A stretch of 64,000 bases of DNA from Candidatus Bathyarchaeia archaeon (GTDB lineage Archaea > Thermoproteota > Bathyarchaeia > Bathyarchaeales > Bathycorpusculaceae), in the NCBI GenBank assembly GCA_049515895.1, contig JBEKTQ010000019.1:1-64000 (forward strand), read 5' to 3'. The position numbers and the translations under genes are program-made. The notes under the pieces were generated by a model. The model made no database searches. It had not been told where the DNA came from and saw nothing but the letters and a program-made list of their open reading frames with translations. Position 1 is the stretch's first letter. Each line of letters opens with the position of its first letter. Positions 19,380 through 28,840 of the stretch are shown piece after piece.

Positions 19380-19598
19380 ATGTCTGAACGCGCCTCAACT
19401 GAAATAAAATGTAGTGATTGTGGTAAGACCGCCATTGTTCCATTCAAGCCAACAGCAGGGAAACCAGTTTATTGCAGAGAATGCTTAAGCAAGCATAGAA
19501 CCAACCGAACCGAAACGGGAAATAAAATGGAAACTAGACCTCCAGCCCCCGAAAATGAAAAACAAGCGTGGTCTAGAAGACGAGAAAGTTGGAAATAG
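19380..19598 (+). CDS. CxxC-x17-CxxC zinc-ribbon protein
   Basis: CSDCGKTAIVPFKPTAGKPVYCREC signature. Confidence 0.88.
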   Translation: MSERASTEIKCSDCGKTAIVPFKPTAGKPVYCRECLSKHRTNRTETGNKMETRPPAPENEKQAWSRRRESWK

Positions 19599-19602
19599 AG
19601 AT

Positions 19603-19872
19603 TTACTCTAACAAATGAACAATTGTGCCTATCGCTTGACCAGGAACTGGCCGTGCGAACTTTACTCTAACCATGCCGTTTCTTCCGTGAATTCCTACGA
19701 CTTTTCCAGTATGCGTCTTTTTGCCATTTATCCAAACTACCTTTTGTCCGATGAGTTTTCCAGCTGACGAAACAGATTCTACTTTGCTGAATTCGACTAG
19801 ACACTCCTTTGGTTGTTGAGACCTGATTCCAATCCGATAATTAGTTATTCTTCCAATAATCTTCTGAGACAA
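19603..19872 (-). CDS. rpl35ae: 50S ribosomal protein L35Ae
   Basis: GRITNYRIG.RSQ.PKECLV...AGKLIGQKVVW...GKVVGIHGRNGMVRVKF..PVPGQAIG; TTG start after GGTGA. Confidence 0.9.
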   Translation of the reverse strand: MSQKIIGRITNYRIGIRSQQPKECLVEFSKVESVSSAGKLIGQKVVWINGKKTHTGKVVGIHGRNGMVRVKFARPVPGQAIGTIVHLLE

Positions 19873-20023
19873 AACATTCACCAAATATCCCCTTGTAAGG
19901 AATACAGACATTTAAAGATGCCCAATTCAATCATGAAAAGAAATGGTTGCTTAGTAAATGAGAAAATTACAAGTTAATGGTAAGAGAAGTTATCTGTAGT
20001 AGTGGGTTGGCAGACGCAATTGG

Positions 20024-20272
20024 TTAAAAATAAGTTTTCGGGTCAACGGAAGCAAGGGGACGATTTGAAATGATAAAGTTCCCAACCTCTAATTGCAGGC
20101 TTAGTTCTTTTTGTGCGGCAAAATCCGCTAGCAGTTTATACAAGTCGACGCCGATGGTTTTCCTTTCAACAAATAAAACAAAGCCATCCTCTGCAGTATC
20201 AAGCATTTTAACATCTATGCCACAACTGGCTTGGATTTCATCCTTAAACTTCATCGCTTTAGACAAATTCAA
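20024..20272 (-). CDS. Hypothetical protein
   Basis: 82-aa ORF, TTG start, protein-like composition. Confidence 0.6.
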   Translation of the reverse strand: MNLSKAMKFKDEIQASCGIDVKMLDTAEDGFVLFVERKTIGVDLYKLLADFAAQKELSLQLEVGNFIISNRPLASVDPKTYF

Positions 20273-20405
20273 GTTTAATCATCTAGCCGGACATACATCG
20301 TATTGGCTGCATTTACGTAGTTTGATAACTAATTGAATCTTTCGTTACGATTCTTAACAAACCTGCCAATATACTGTTATATAGCATAGTTAATAGTATA
20401 CCTGT

Positions 20406-21194
20406 ATGTCTGAACATAAACTTGAATGGCCTGAATCCGGCGACCTCGTCATCGCCACTATAGAAAGCGTGATGGATTATGGAGCCTACGCTAATCTAGA
20501 TGAATACCAGAAAAGAGGGTTTCTTCATATTTCCGAAATCTCCAGCGCCAGAGTAAGAAACGTTCGTGACTACGTTCGTGAAAAGCAAAAAATGGTGCTG
20601 AAAGTTGTTCATGTGAATCTTGAAAAGGGCCATATTGACTTGTCCCTTAGACGTGTAACAAAGCGCGAAAGAATAGAAAAAGTGAAAGCTTGGAAGAAAG
20701 AACGCAAGGGCGAAGTGCTTTTGCGTGCGGTTGCTGAAAAAGTAGGCTTGCCGGTTGAGGAGGTTTATCAAAAGGCGGGCATAGTTCTGGAAGAAAGATT
20801 TGGGTTGTATGAAGGCTTCGAGGAAGCACTCAAAGAAGGGACAGAAGCTCTGACTAAACTTGGGATACCTGAAAACATCGCTAAAGCTTTTGCTCAAGTT
20901 GCAGAAGAGCGTATCCATATTAGAATGGTAAAGGTTAGGGGTGTTCTCGAAATTCGTTGTATGAAACGAAATGGCGTCGGATGCATTCGAGATGCATTCG
21001 TCGGTGCCAAGAAAGCAGTAAAAGCAAAGGATGCCAAGATCGAGTTTTATGTTATTGCCGCTCCCAAATATAGCGTAGAGGTCTCTGCTGACAATTGGAA
21101 ACGTGCTGAAGAGCTGCTCGATGAAGTGAGCCAAAGTGTAGTAACGAAAATTACTGATGCAGGCGGACACGGCTCCTTTAAACGAGAGAAATAG
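20406..21194 (+). CDS. eif2a: Translation initiation factor aIF-2 subunit alpha
   Basis: S1 domain WPESGDLVIATI..V.DYGAY..LDEY...GFLHISEIS, KGHIDLSLRRV, AAPKYSV. Confidence 0.95.
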   Translation: MSEHKLEWPESGDLVIATIESVMDYGAYANLDEYQKRGFLHISEISSARVRNVRDYVREKQKMVLKVVHVNLEKGHIDLSLRRVTKRERIEKVKAWKKERKGEVLLRAVAEKVGLPVEEVYQKAGIVLEERFGLYEGFEEALKEGTEALTKLGIPENIAKAFAQVAEERIHIRMVKVRGVLEIRCMKRNGVGCIRDAFVGAKKAVKAKDAKIEFYVIAAPKYSVEVSADNWKRAEELLDEVSQSVVTKITDAGGHGSFKREK

Positions 21195-21204
21195 TGGTGT
21201 GACC

Positions 21205-21543
21205 ATGAGGGACTCTAGCAATAAGATATTGTGGGGAAAGGTGGAGAAAATTGGCAAAGGTACCCGGGCAAACTATGACGCTGAAAATAAAACAATTACT
21301 TTCTGCTTCGACAGAAACCTGCAAACATCAAGTGAGCAACTGAGAAAGCTTCGAGAAGCCCTCATGAAGGAACTAAAAGAATTAGGGTACCTCAGCCACA
21401 TGAAGTACAACGGGGAAGTTGTTGTAGACAATGTTGAAGAGGAAAATGTGGCTCTTGTCACAGAAAACCACAAACTTATAATTCACCTTAACAAAAAGCA
21501 GACCATAGAGAAACAAAGTGGCACTTCAGAAAATCCAGCTTAA
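21205..21543 (+). CDS. Hypothetical protein
   Basis: ATG after GGTG, 10 nt downstream of aIF-2alpha stop. Confidence 0.6.
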   Translation: MRDSSNKILWGKVEKIGKGTRANYDAENKTITFCFDRNLQTSSEQLRKLREALMKELKELGYLSHMKYNGEVVVDNVEEENVALVTENHKLIIHLNKKQTIEKQSGTSENPA

Positions 21544-21669
21544 TTGCTTTTCAAGTAAATGTATCATTGTCAAGCCACGATCCCCCATCTTGCGCTATAA
21601 CTCCTAGGTCTCGGCTTAAACCTTATTGAAAAATCTTTTAAGCTTGACCACATATAGCTTGCTGATATT

Positions 21670-21735
21670 ATGCCATCTCTGAAAAAGAAGAATGCTGCAA
21701 AAAAAGCAAAGCATGAAGCTAAAACGGGCAAGTAA
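21670..21735 (+). CDS. Putative 21-aa Lys-rich microprotein MPSLKKKNAAKKAKHEAKTGK
   Basis: BRE/TATA-like GAAAAATCTTTTAAG about 30 nt upstream (leaderless geometry). Confidence 0.4.
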   Translation: MPSLKKKNAAKKAKHEAKTGK

Positions 21736-21920
21736 GGTTTAAGCCCCAATTTGCTCTTTTCCCTTGATGCAGAAAAGAAACATTAGCTTAGCTGCGCCAT
21801 TGAAACCTGCTGAGGCAGAATCGGTTTTTCCATTTTGAAGTCGATGCAGACTTGGCTAAAGCGCGAAAGCGCAATGGAAAAACTGATGCAAATTTGCTTA
21901 AAGAGACCTTGAAACCAGAT

Positions 21921-22322
21921 TTATCTTACCTGCATTCTCAATGGTGGGGCTTCAGATCTTTTTGCCTGGATTGGCAACGCTTCGATTCTTACTTTGCTCT
22001 CGGAAGAGATGGTTTTGCATATGAGGTTTAGTGATCCTTCAGTGAAATTAAGTACGTTTTCACCTTCATGTGTGAGACTGTAAACTTTTCGGGGTCGTTC
22101 GTTGTCCATGTTCCACTGACTTTTGATGTAGCCTTTTTTTTCGAGTATGTTGAGGAGGGGGTAGATTGTGCTGGGGCCGAAGTAGACGCCAAAGCTTTTT
22201 CGGATTTTTGTGATTACTTGATAACCATGCATGGGTTGTTGTTCGAGGAATTGGAGTACTATCATGTCTAGTAGTCCTTTGGTAAGTTTTGTTTGGATTT
22301 CTTTTGGGTGATTGTCGATCAT
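21921..22322 (-). CDS. PadR family transcriptional regulator
   Basis: KGLLDMIVL..L...PMHGYQVI..I...FG....PSTIYPLL..LEKKGYI...W....RPRKVYSLT.EG. Confidence 0.93.
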   Translation of the reverse strand: MIDNHPKEIQTKLTKGLLDMIVLQFLEQQPMHGYQVITKIRKSFGVYFGPSTIYPLLNILEKKGYIKSQWNMDNERPRKVYSLTHEGENVLNFTEGSLNLICKTISSESKVRIEALPIQAKRSEAPPLRMQVR

Positions 22323-22366
22323 TTTTTTGTTCCTTCTGTTTGTGTAGTCTTGTTCTACACTTGGAC

Positions 22367-22389
22367 AATATGTCTTTTTAAGACATATT
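22367..22389. promoter_or_regulatory. Perfect inverted repeat, probable PadR autoregulatory operator
   Basis: AATATGTCTT-TTT-AAGACATATT (ATGT-N9-ACAT) 45 bp upstream of padR; degenerate second site at about 22394-22410. Confidence 0.65.
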
Positions 22390-22777
22390 TCTCATGTCTT
22401 AATTATGCATAAACCGCTAAATAAACCCTTACACATAACAGAAGCATACCAAATCATACTGAAAACCCGTAGGTGTCGAACACAAGAACATGTCAATACA
22501 TAAAATAGGTCTCTAAAACTAGTATTTCAAAGATTTGTGTGGCGTAAAAGGCACTGTACAACAGGTCAACAGAAAAATCGATCAATCTCCATCTAAGCAT
22601 GGAAAAAGAATTGATGTTGAACTACAGATGGCTTTTACGGATGAAACCTGAATTTCTTCAACTCTTCAGTTGACTAATCAAAATAGTCAATAAATTCCCA
22701 TTCTGTGCCTTTTCACATAAAGTAGCCTGCTATCTCTGTTCATGGACTTTGCTTAGTGTAGATTTCCAGTTTATGCC

Positions 22778-23470
22778 TCAATTTATGGTTTCAAGCATTA
22801 TTCTTTTTAGGATTGTGAATCCATGTTTCATTCCGAGTTTCTTTTTGCCCAATCGCTGCCTGTATCTTATTGGGATTTCGATGATTTTGTATCCGCTTCG
22901 TTCTACTTGGTGGTTTAGTTCAACCTCGATATCGAACCCTTTGGATTTTGCGGTCCACCCGCGAATTATGTCCGCACGTACCGCTCGCAGTCCGGTTAAC
23001 GGGTCATTAAGTTCTACGCCGTTGAATGTGTTGTGTGCAAAAGCGAGAAGTTTGTTTCCGAAGTGAAACATGCCTTTCCACGCCGTTTCTTCAGGTAGCC
23101 CGTCGAGCCGGCTTCCTAAAACCATACCTACGTCTGGGTTTTCTTCAAGTATTTTGAGCATAAGGGGAATGTGTTCCGCTGGGTAAGTGTGGTCGGCATC
23201 GGTGAAAATTACAAAGTCTGTATTTGAATTAAGGTTTTTTATGGCTGTAGTTATCGCATTGCCTTTGCCTTTTCCGTCTTGGTAGATGACTTCGGCGCCT
23301 TCGTTTTTTGCGATTTTTGCTGTTTCATCTTGGCTGTTGCCGTCAACAACAAGGATCTTTGGGTTGTACAGCTGTCCTTTGAGTTCTGATACGGTGGATC
23401 CTATGCCGAGCTCCTCGTTCAAAGCTGCGATTATCACTTGAGTTTGGCGTGTCTCTTCTAACATTTGCAT
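22778..23470 (-). CDS. GT2 glycosyltransferase (DPM1-like)
   Basis: IIAALNEE, VVDGNSQDET, GKGNA, FTDADHTYP, DPLTGLRA, GFDIEVE. Confidence 0.92.
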   Translation of the reverse strand: MQMLEETRQTQVIIAALNEELGIGSTVSELKGQLYNPKILVVDGNSQDETAKIAKNEGAEVIYQDGKGKGNAITTAIKNLNSNTDFVIFTDADHTYPAEHIPLMLKILEENPDVGMVLGSRLDGLPEETAWKGMFHFGNKLLAFAHNTFNGVELNDPLTGLRAVRADIIRGWTAKSKGFDIEVELNHQVERSGYKIIEIPIRYRQRLGKKKLGMKHGFTILKRIMLETIN

Positions 23471-23741
23471 CGTTGAACAAAACCCAACATTCTAATTGTT
23501 CGAGTGATGGTTTGATCGACCATTTTTCCGTTCTTTTGGTTGGCTTTTTCCTTCTGTCTATGGTCGAATTATAATAGACCATCAATCCCATATGAGGGGA
23601 ACCAATACTTAAGCATCTGTGACTGTAATGTTACATCAACAAGCGTGTTGACGGTTGCGCGCTCAGGTGAATAGGTTCAAGTCCTACCTTCAGCACAATG
23701 TTGAAAAATGCCAGGGATGTGTTCTGGTTGCATTTTGGTCG

Positions 23742-23900
23742 CGGTTTTGTTTTTTGCATTTTGGGTTGCTTTCTTGTGGAAAAGCTTAAATCATCTGCAG
23801 GTTGCGTCAACTATCGTCAACCAAAGTCAACTAAAGTCAACTAAAGTCAACTAACGTCTACTAACGTCAACAAAAGTCAATAGGCGGCCACAGCCGTCAA
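23742..23900 (+). repeat. Dispersed element copy 2: leader and 10 decamers (23801-23900; 9 with GTC, 1 GGC)
   Basis: TTTTGGGTTGCTTTCTTGTGGAAAAGCTTAAATC then CTAAAGTCAA-type units in exact 10-bp phase. Confidence 0.9.
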
Positions 23901-23997
23901 AATAGGCTGATTCAAAAAAAATCTGGAAAAGATCGCAAACGCAAGAAGCCTCCAGAAGCGCTAGCTTATGTTTTTTGACCCAGAAACTCTGCTCTTT

Positions 23998-24083
23998 CAG
24001 TTGCTTTTTGTGTTTGGAGCTTGGATCGCATGCAGATTGCATCTAAAAATCTCCATAAATCTCTAAAATTCTCTGAAATCCTC
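23998..24083 (+). repeat. Variant copy 2b: degenerate leader and short ATC-core decamer array
   Basis: CAGTTGCTTTTTGTGTTTGGAGCTTGGATCGCATGCAGATTGCATC aligns to the leader; then AAAATCTCCA TAAATCTCTA AAATTCTCTG. Confidence 0.6.
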
Positions 24084-24332
24084 AATTAGGATAATAATAA
24101 AGTAGTCGAAAAAATGAAATAATCAAGGCAGAAGCTGAGGCTACGCTTCCGGAATTTACAGACCTTTACTCAAATTCTCTCATGAAATTCTAGACTTTTT
24201 CCAATTTCTTATTTGCTTTGCGCCTTTGTCGAGGATTGGTAAAATCGTCAAAAGAGTCGAGCCAGAATTGCACATGCTCGGTTACTTTCAAAACGCCATC
24301 AACGATTCTTTAAAATATCAGCATCAACAACT

Positions 24333-25304
24333 ATGATTTTAGGTGCCGTTTTCTTGAGCCTTTATTCTTTTGAGAGTACATTAAAACCAGTCGCTCCTTT
24401 TGATTTCTCCAAATCTCTCGAATTTTTATCTGATTTTAGTCCAACGCAAAATGAACAAGAAGTAAAAAGTGGCACCTTCACCAAAGCCGTCCAAACAAAA
24501 GGCATAACAGTCGCGTTTGAAGTAGCTGACAAGGGAACGATTGAAAATCCAAAGTTGCAGTTTACGGCCTACTCCGAAGCAAAGTTCACTGACGAAATCA
24601 AAGAGTCGGTAGCTGACCGAATAAGCTTCTTTCTAAGCCTCCAAGACAACCTTAAAGAGTTTTACGAAATAGCCAAAAAAGACGAGTGCTTACAGCCCGC
24701 AATCAAACAGTTTTACGGCCACAAACAAGTAAAGTTCCTGACACCTTTCGAGATTGCTTGCTGGGCAGTTCTAAACCAAAGAATACCGATGAGTGTAGCT
24801 CGCAAAATGAAAGAAAACATTGTCAAGAAAGTAGGCGGTCAAATTAAAGTCAAAGGATTAGACTATTATTCGTTTCCTGAACCGTCTGATCTGGCGGCTG
24901 CATCGGCCGAGTTGCCGGAGATGGTGCCAAATAAGAGAAAAGCAGAGTACATATCGTCGGTGGCGGAAGCATTCTCTAAAGTTGATGAACAATGGCTCAG
25001 AATGGTGCCATACGATGAAGTTCATGATTGGCTAACGGACATCAAAGGCATTGGAGATTGGTCAGCCAACTTTGTGATGATACGGGGACTTGGTAGAATG
25101 GAGGAGCTGTCAAACGTAGAACCGCAGCTTGCTTTGGATGTTGCAAAAATCTATGCAGGAAAGACTGAACAAATGAGCAATGAAGAGGTATGCCGGATAG
25201 CTGAAAAATACGGCAAATGGAAAGGGTATTGGGCGTACTACCTTAGAATATACGCAGAATTCACGTATGTTTTTGATAAAGGCAAAGAGCACTTAATGAA
25301 GTGA
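24333..25304 (+). CDS. alkA: DNA-3-methyladenine glycosylase II (AlkA, HhH-GPD)
   Basis: PFEIACWAVLNQR, YSFPEP..LA, RKAEYI, LTDIKGIGDWSA HhH motif, AEKYGKWKGY. Confidence 0.88.
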   Translation: MILGAVFLSLYSFESTLKPVAPFDFSKSLEFLSDFSPTQNEQEVKSGTFTKAVQTKGITVAFEVADKGTIENPKLQFTAYSEAKFTDEIKESVADRISFFLSLQDNLKEFYEIAKKDECLQPAIKQFYGHKQVKFLTPFEIACWAVLNQRIPMSVARKMKENIVKKVGGQIKVKGLDYYSFPEPSDLAAASAELPEMVPNKRKAEYISSVAEAFSKVDEQWLRMVPYDEVHDWLTDIKGIGDWSANFVMIRGLGRMEELSNVEPQLALDVAKIYAGKTEQMSNEEVCRIAEKYGKWKGYWAYYLRIYAEFTYVFDKGKEHLMK

Positions 25305-25400
25305 ATTTGAAAAGCTGCCAACGATTGATTAATTCAAAGGCGAGTGATATTTGCTAATTCAAAAAAAGAAAAGGGGTTTTGGGAGTTTTGGCTGGAAACT

Positions 25401-27659
25401 TTAACTAAGCTCAGCTATTGTTTTCATGTTACGCCTTCTTAGAACGAGCACAACGGCAATGATAACAATAATGACTACCACAACGACTATTCCGTAGATG
25501 TATCCTTGAGGCACTCCAGGAGCTGGGGTGGGACTCGGAGTAGGCGATGGTGTAGCGAAAACGATTGATATTGTGTGTGTGCTGAAAGTTGTTGTGTACC
25601 ATACGTAGTAGTTGTTGTCGTCTTCTGTGTACCCTTGGTTTGTAGCTGTGTGGCCGTCTATGCTTACTGTTGGTTTGGTTCCATAGGGTACCGAGCTTTT
25701 GGGAATCGTTATGTTGCCAAAGCCTGTTGTGCCGCTTACGCCTGTTACTGTGAAAGAAACCGTGGTCGTGGAAGTGGCTTTGTCCGTTGCGATTGTTATG
25801 TCAGACATCTGTGAACTGGCTACACTTCCTTTGATTCCAAGGTTAACCGTTGAACCCGTCGATGTTTTGGCTGGTACTGTTGTCGGAGCGGGTGTGGGTG
25901 TAGCTGTTGGTGCAGTCGTCGGCTTTGGTGTAACTACTGGTTGCACAGTAGGTATAGGAGTAATCACTGGAACTGGCGTTGGTATTGCCGTTGGAATTGG
26001 GGTCGGTGTTGCGGTTGGGATTGGAGTGGGCGTTGCCGTTGGAGCTGGAGTTGGGGTTGCGGTTGGGATTGGAGTGGGCGTTGCCGTTGGAGCTGGAGTT
26101 GGGGTTGCGGTTGGGACTGGGGTGGGTGTTGCAGTTGGGATTGGAGTTGGGGTGGGCGTTGGAGGCGCAGTGGGTACCGGCGTTGGACTCGGGAAAGGAT
26201 TTGCTTGCGAAGAGAGTACTTGGCCAGAAATTACTCCTGAAGCCTTGGCAGCTAAAGCGAAGTTAATGTTAGACGTTACCTGGTTAACTGTCACTGAAAC
26301 TCCTGATTGCTGTTGCGATACATATCCTGTCGCCGTTACGTTGACAGTGTACAATCCTGTGCCAAGACCAGATGATATTATGTAGTTGCCATTGCTGTCG
26401 GTGTAATTTGAGTTGGAGCCGCTTGGTCCTTGTACAGTGATGTATGCGCCATCTATTGGAGCACCTGAGCTTGTAACTTTCCCGGTTATCGTTCCCGATG
26501 GAGTAACGGCAAACTGGAAGTTAACGTTGGACGTTGTTTGACCTGCGACTACATTTACACTGCTGGGATAAAGATTAAAGGAAGCTCCGTAGAAAGCCTC
26601 AATGGTGTAGCTTCCTGTTCCTAGATTGGTGTTTATTTTGTAGGTACCTGATGAGTCGGTTGTGGCGGAGCCAAAGAAGCCACCAGCGGTGGAAGCAATG
26701 ACTGTTGCTCCTGAAAGGGGCTGTCCGTTCGCACTATTTGTTATTGTTCCAGTAATAACTCCTGACGGGCTAAGTGCAAGGTTAGCGGCAGCAGTGGTTT
26801 GTCCAGCTGTTACTACTATTCCTGATACTGTGTTTTCCAAGTAACCCGTAGCGAAGAATGTTGTAACATTGTACGTTCCTGTGCCCAAATGGTCTTTCAT
26901 AGTATATTGGCCAGCGGAATTCGTTACTGCAAAATCAGAAAAGGTTCCATCAGAACTTTCGCAGAAAACATCTATGCCTTGCAGCGGAGCATGAGTAACC
27001 GCGTCTGTCACAGTCCCCGTGATTATTCCGGAATAGGCAAGGGCGAAGTTCTGGTTGTTCGTCATTGAACCGGCTGTGATAGCAATGTTTGTTTTTGTTT
27101 GAGACAAATATCCTGTTGCACCCAAAAAGGATTCGGCTGTTGCGTTGTAGATCCCGGTTTGGAGGTTTTGGATAATCTGATAGTTGCCGTTTGCATCTGT
27201 GATGGCGGTTCCAGTGCTCATGCCGTCTGCGCTTTCGACGGTTACTAATGCGAACGACAGGGGCAAGCCAGTCACTGCATCAGTTACTTTTCCAGAAATA
27301 GCGCCTGAGACGTTCATCATTATGTTGACGTTTGAAGTTTGGGCTCCAGCGGTCACAACTACGTTGTCAACTTGTTGGTCAATGTATCCTGGCGCCGAGG
27401 CTACTACTGAATAAATGCCAGTATCGAGAAAGCTGGTTATGTTGTATTGACCCTGAGCGTTTGCTATGGCAGATCCACTTCCGCCATCCCCTGAAGCTGA
27501 TACGTCGGCACCTGCGACAGGAGTATTAGTCAGGCCGTAGACGGTTTTCGAAGTTGCACTGTTAAGGGAAGATTGAAATGCGTAGCTGGAAACTCCTGCA
27601 ATCGCTCCGATCAGAAGCATAGTGATTATTAGATTTGCCGCTAATTTGTTTTTGATCAA
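25401..27659 (-). CDS. Surface protein with tandem carboxypeptidase-regulatory-like (prealbumin-fold) repeats, PT linker, conserved C-terminal domain and TM anchor
   Basis: Repeated G.I.G.VTDA.T..PL...V...TD..G.Y.I...L.TG.Y units; PTATPTP linker; [10 protein letters not shown] anchor and RRR. Confidence 0.9.
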   Translation of the reverse strand: MIKNKLAANLIITMLLIGAIAGVSSYAFQSSLNSATSKTVYGLTNTPVAGADVSASGDGGSGSAIANAQGQYNITSFLDTGIYSVVASAPGYIDQQVDNVVVTAGAQTSNVNIMMNVSGAISGKVTDAVTGLPLSFALVTVESADGMSTGTAITDANGNYQIIQNLQTGIYNATAESFLGATGYLSQTKTNIAITAGSMTNNQNFALAYSGIITGTVTDAVTHAPLQGIDVFCESSDGTFSDFAVTNSAGQYTMKDHLGTGTYNVTTFFATGYLENTVSGIVVTAGQTTAAANLALSPSGVITGTITNSANGQPLSGATVIASTAGGFFGSATTDSSGTYKINTNLGTGSYTIEAFYGASFNLYPSSVNVVAGQTTSNVNFQFAVTPSGTITGKVTSSGAPIDGAYITVQGPSGSNSNYTDSNGNYIISSGLGTGLYTVNVTATGYVSQQQSGVSVTVNQVTSNINFALAAKASGVISGQVLSSQANPFPSPTPVPTAPPTPTPTPIPTATPTPVPTATPTPAPTATPTPIPTATPTPAPTATPTPIPTATPTPIPTAIPTPVPVITPIPTVQPVVTPKPTTAPTATPTPAPTTVPAKTSTGSTVNLGIKGSVASSQMSDITIATDKATSTTTVSFTVTGVSGTTGFGNITIPKSSVPYGTKPTVSIDGHTATNQGYTEDDNNYYVWYTTTFSTHTISIVFATPSPTPSPTPAPGVPQGYIYGIVVVVVIIVIIAVVLVLRRRNMKTIAELS

Positions 27660-27882
27660 ACTAATTCATCCTCCAGTTTAACGCAAACAGTAAGTAATTC
27701 ATCTTGGAAGAAGCTAAGCTAAGCCTGTTTTCACTTAAAGTACGATTTATTTTGTTCATGCAAAAAGCACCAAAAAGAATGGATATCTCCAATTATAGTT
27801 TTGGAAGCGCATTAATAAAGAAGTGTTGTCACAGAACTAAACCACAAATTCCATTTTCCATTAATTAATGCTTAATTTATTT

Positions 27883-28122
27883 TTATGTTCCAGCCTTTCC
27901 CTTGACAAATGCCACAAGCAGGTATATTACATAAATGGCGCTGAAGGCTACTAAGCCACACTCAGAGTAACGAATCACTAAACGATTTTCGCCAAGAATG
28001 AAATAACCTTGTGTTGCTATGTCGTAAAAAGTCCAGCACATCATACAGACAGCACTGAATAGAGACGCAATTCCTACAACGTGAAATGCATCCCTCAAGG
28101 TTGCAGACATACCGTGATACAC
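27883..28122 (-). CDS. Small 2-TM membrane protein (start uncertain)
   Basis: Two hydrophobic helices separated by QGYFILGEN. Confidence 0.55.
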   Translation of the reverse strand: MYHGMSATLRDAFHVVGIASLFSAVCMMCWTFYDIATQGYFILGENRLVIRYSECGLVAFSAIYVIYLLVAFVKGKAGT

Positions 28123-28345
28123 TAGCGTTTTGTTTTTTGGCAGGTTAAGGTTCGCGAGCCACCCACATCCCCTTCGTGAGGGGGACCGTTAAGAGTCAAA
28201 TCACCCTGCTTGCCTCTCATTCTTTCTTCTAAAGTATGTATGTCTTATGAATACGGAATCTTTATTGAAAAAAACTAGTTGACTAACAATCCTAACGTGT
28301 TGCTTGAAGACTTAAAAAATAACTGGGTAGTTTAAGAGGTTAACT

Positions 28346-28615
28346 TAAGGTGTAGTCAACAATTCTTTGCCGAATCTTCACATAAGGAACCCGATTGCCG
28401 CGGCAGCGAAGCTAATGATTGTTAGAGTGTGCAGCGAAGCTAATGATTGTTAGAGTGTCTATCCGAATCCATGGTGTAAGATGGGATACACCGAGATGTA
28501 GCCATTCTGGTCGAATAAATTGGACGATCACGCCGTAAACCCATGTTAACAAGCCGAAAAAGAAAAGAAATTCCCCAGTGACCTTTAAAACAATCAGCTT
28601 TAAATGTGCAGTCAT
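28346..28615 (-). pseudogene. Small 2-TM membrane protein disrupted by a 28-bp tandem duplication and a probable TGG>TGA nonsense change
   Basis: Removing one 28-bp copy restores ...IRIDTLTIISFAAAAIGFLM*RFGKELLTTP. Confidence 0.6.
28403..28458. repeat. Perfect 2 x 28-bp tandem duplication
   Basis: GCAGCGAAGCTAATGATTGTTAGAGTGT twice. Confidence 0.95.
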
Positions 28616-28840
28616 CAGGCGTAGTTCCTATTTTCTTCACGTCAAAGTTCGGATCCCCTAATAAAAATTTGCGTAAAAAAAGAAGCGGCTGAACCATATA
28701 AGGTAAGATATGGCGAGAGTTCGTTTGAAGCTCAAGTTGAGCCTCCAGAGGCTCTCCTGACTCACACATGACGGCGCTTTTAAGAAGTTTGGGCTGTTGG
28801 TTGTTGGTCTCTCTGAAGGCAAAAGGAATAAGTCTAGCAA

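Noticed and set aside
20496-21257. 253-aa minus-strand ORF
   Set aside because: Antisense to aIF-2alpha with implausible composition
23646-23695. Complete tRNA gene
   Set aside because: Only a T-arm and a partial acceptor stem; kept as a low-interest finding
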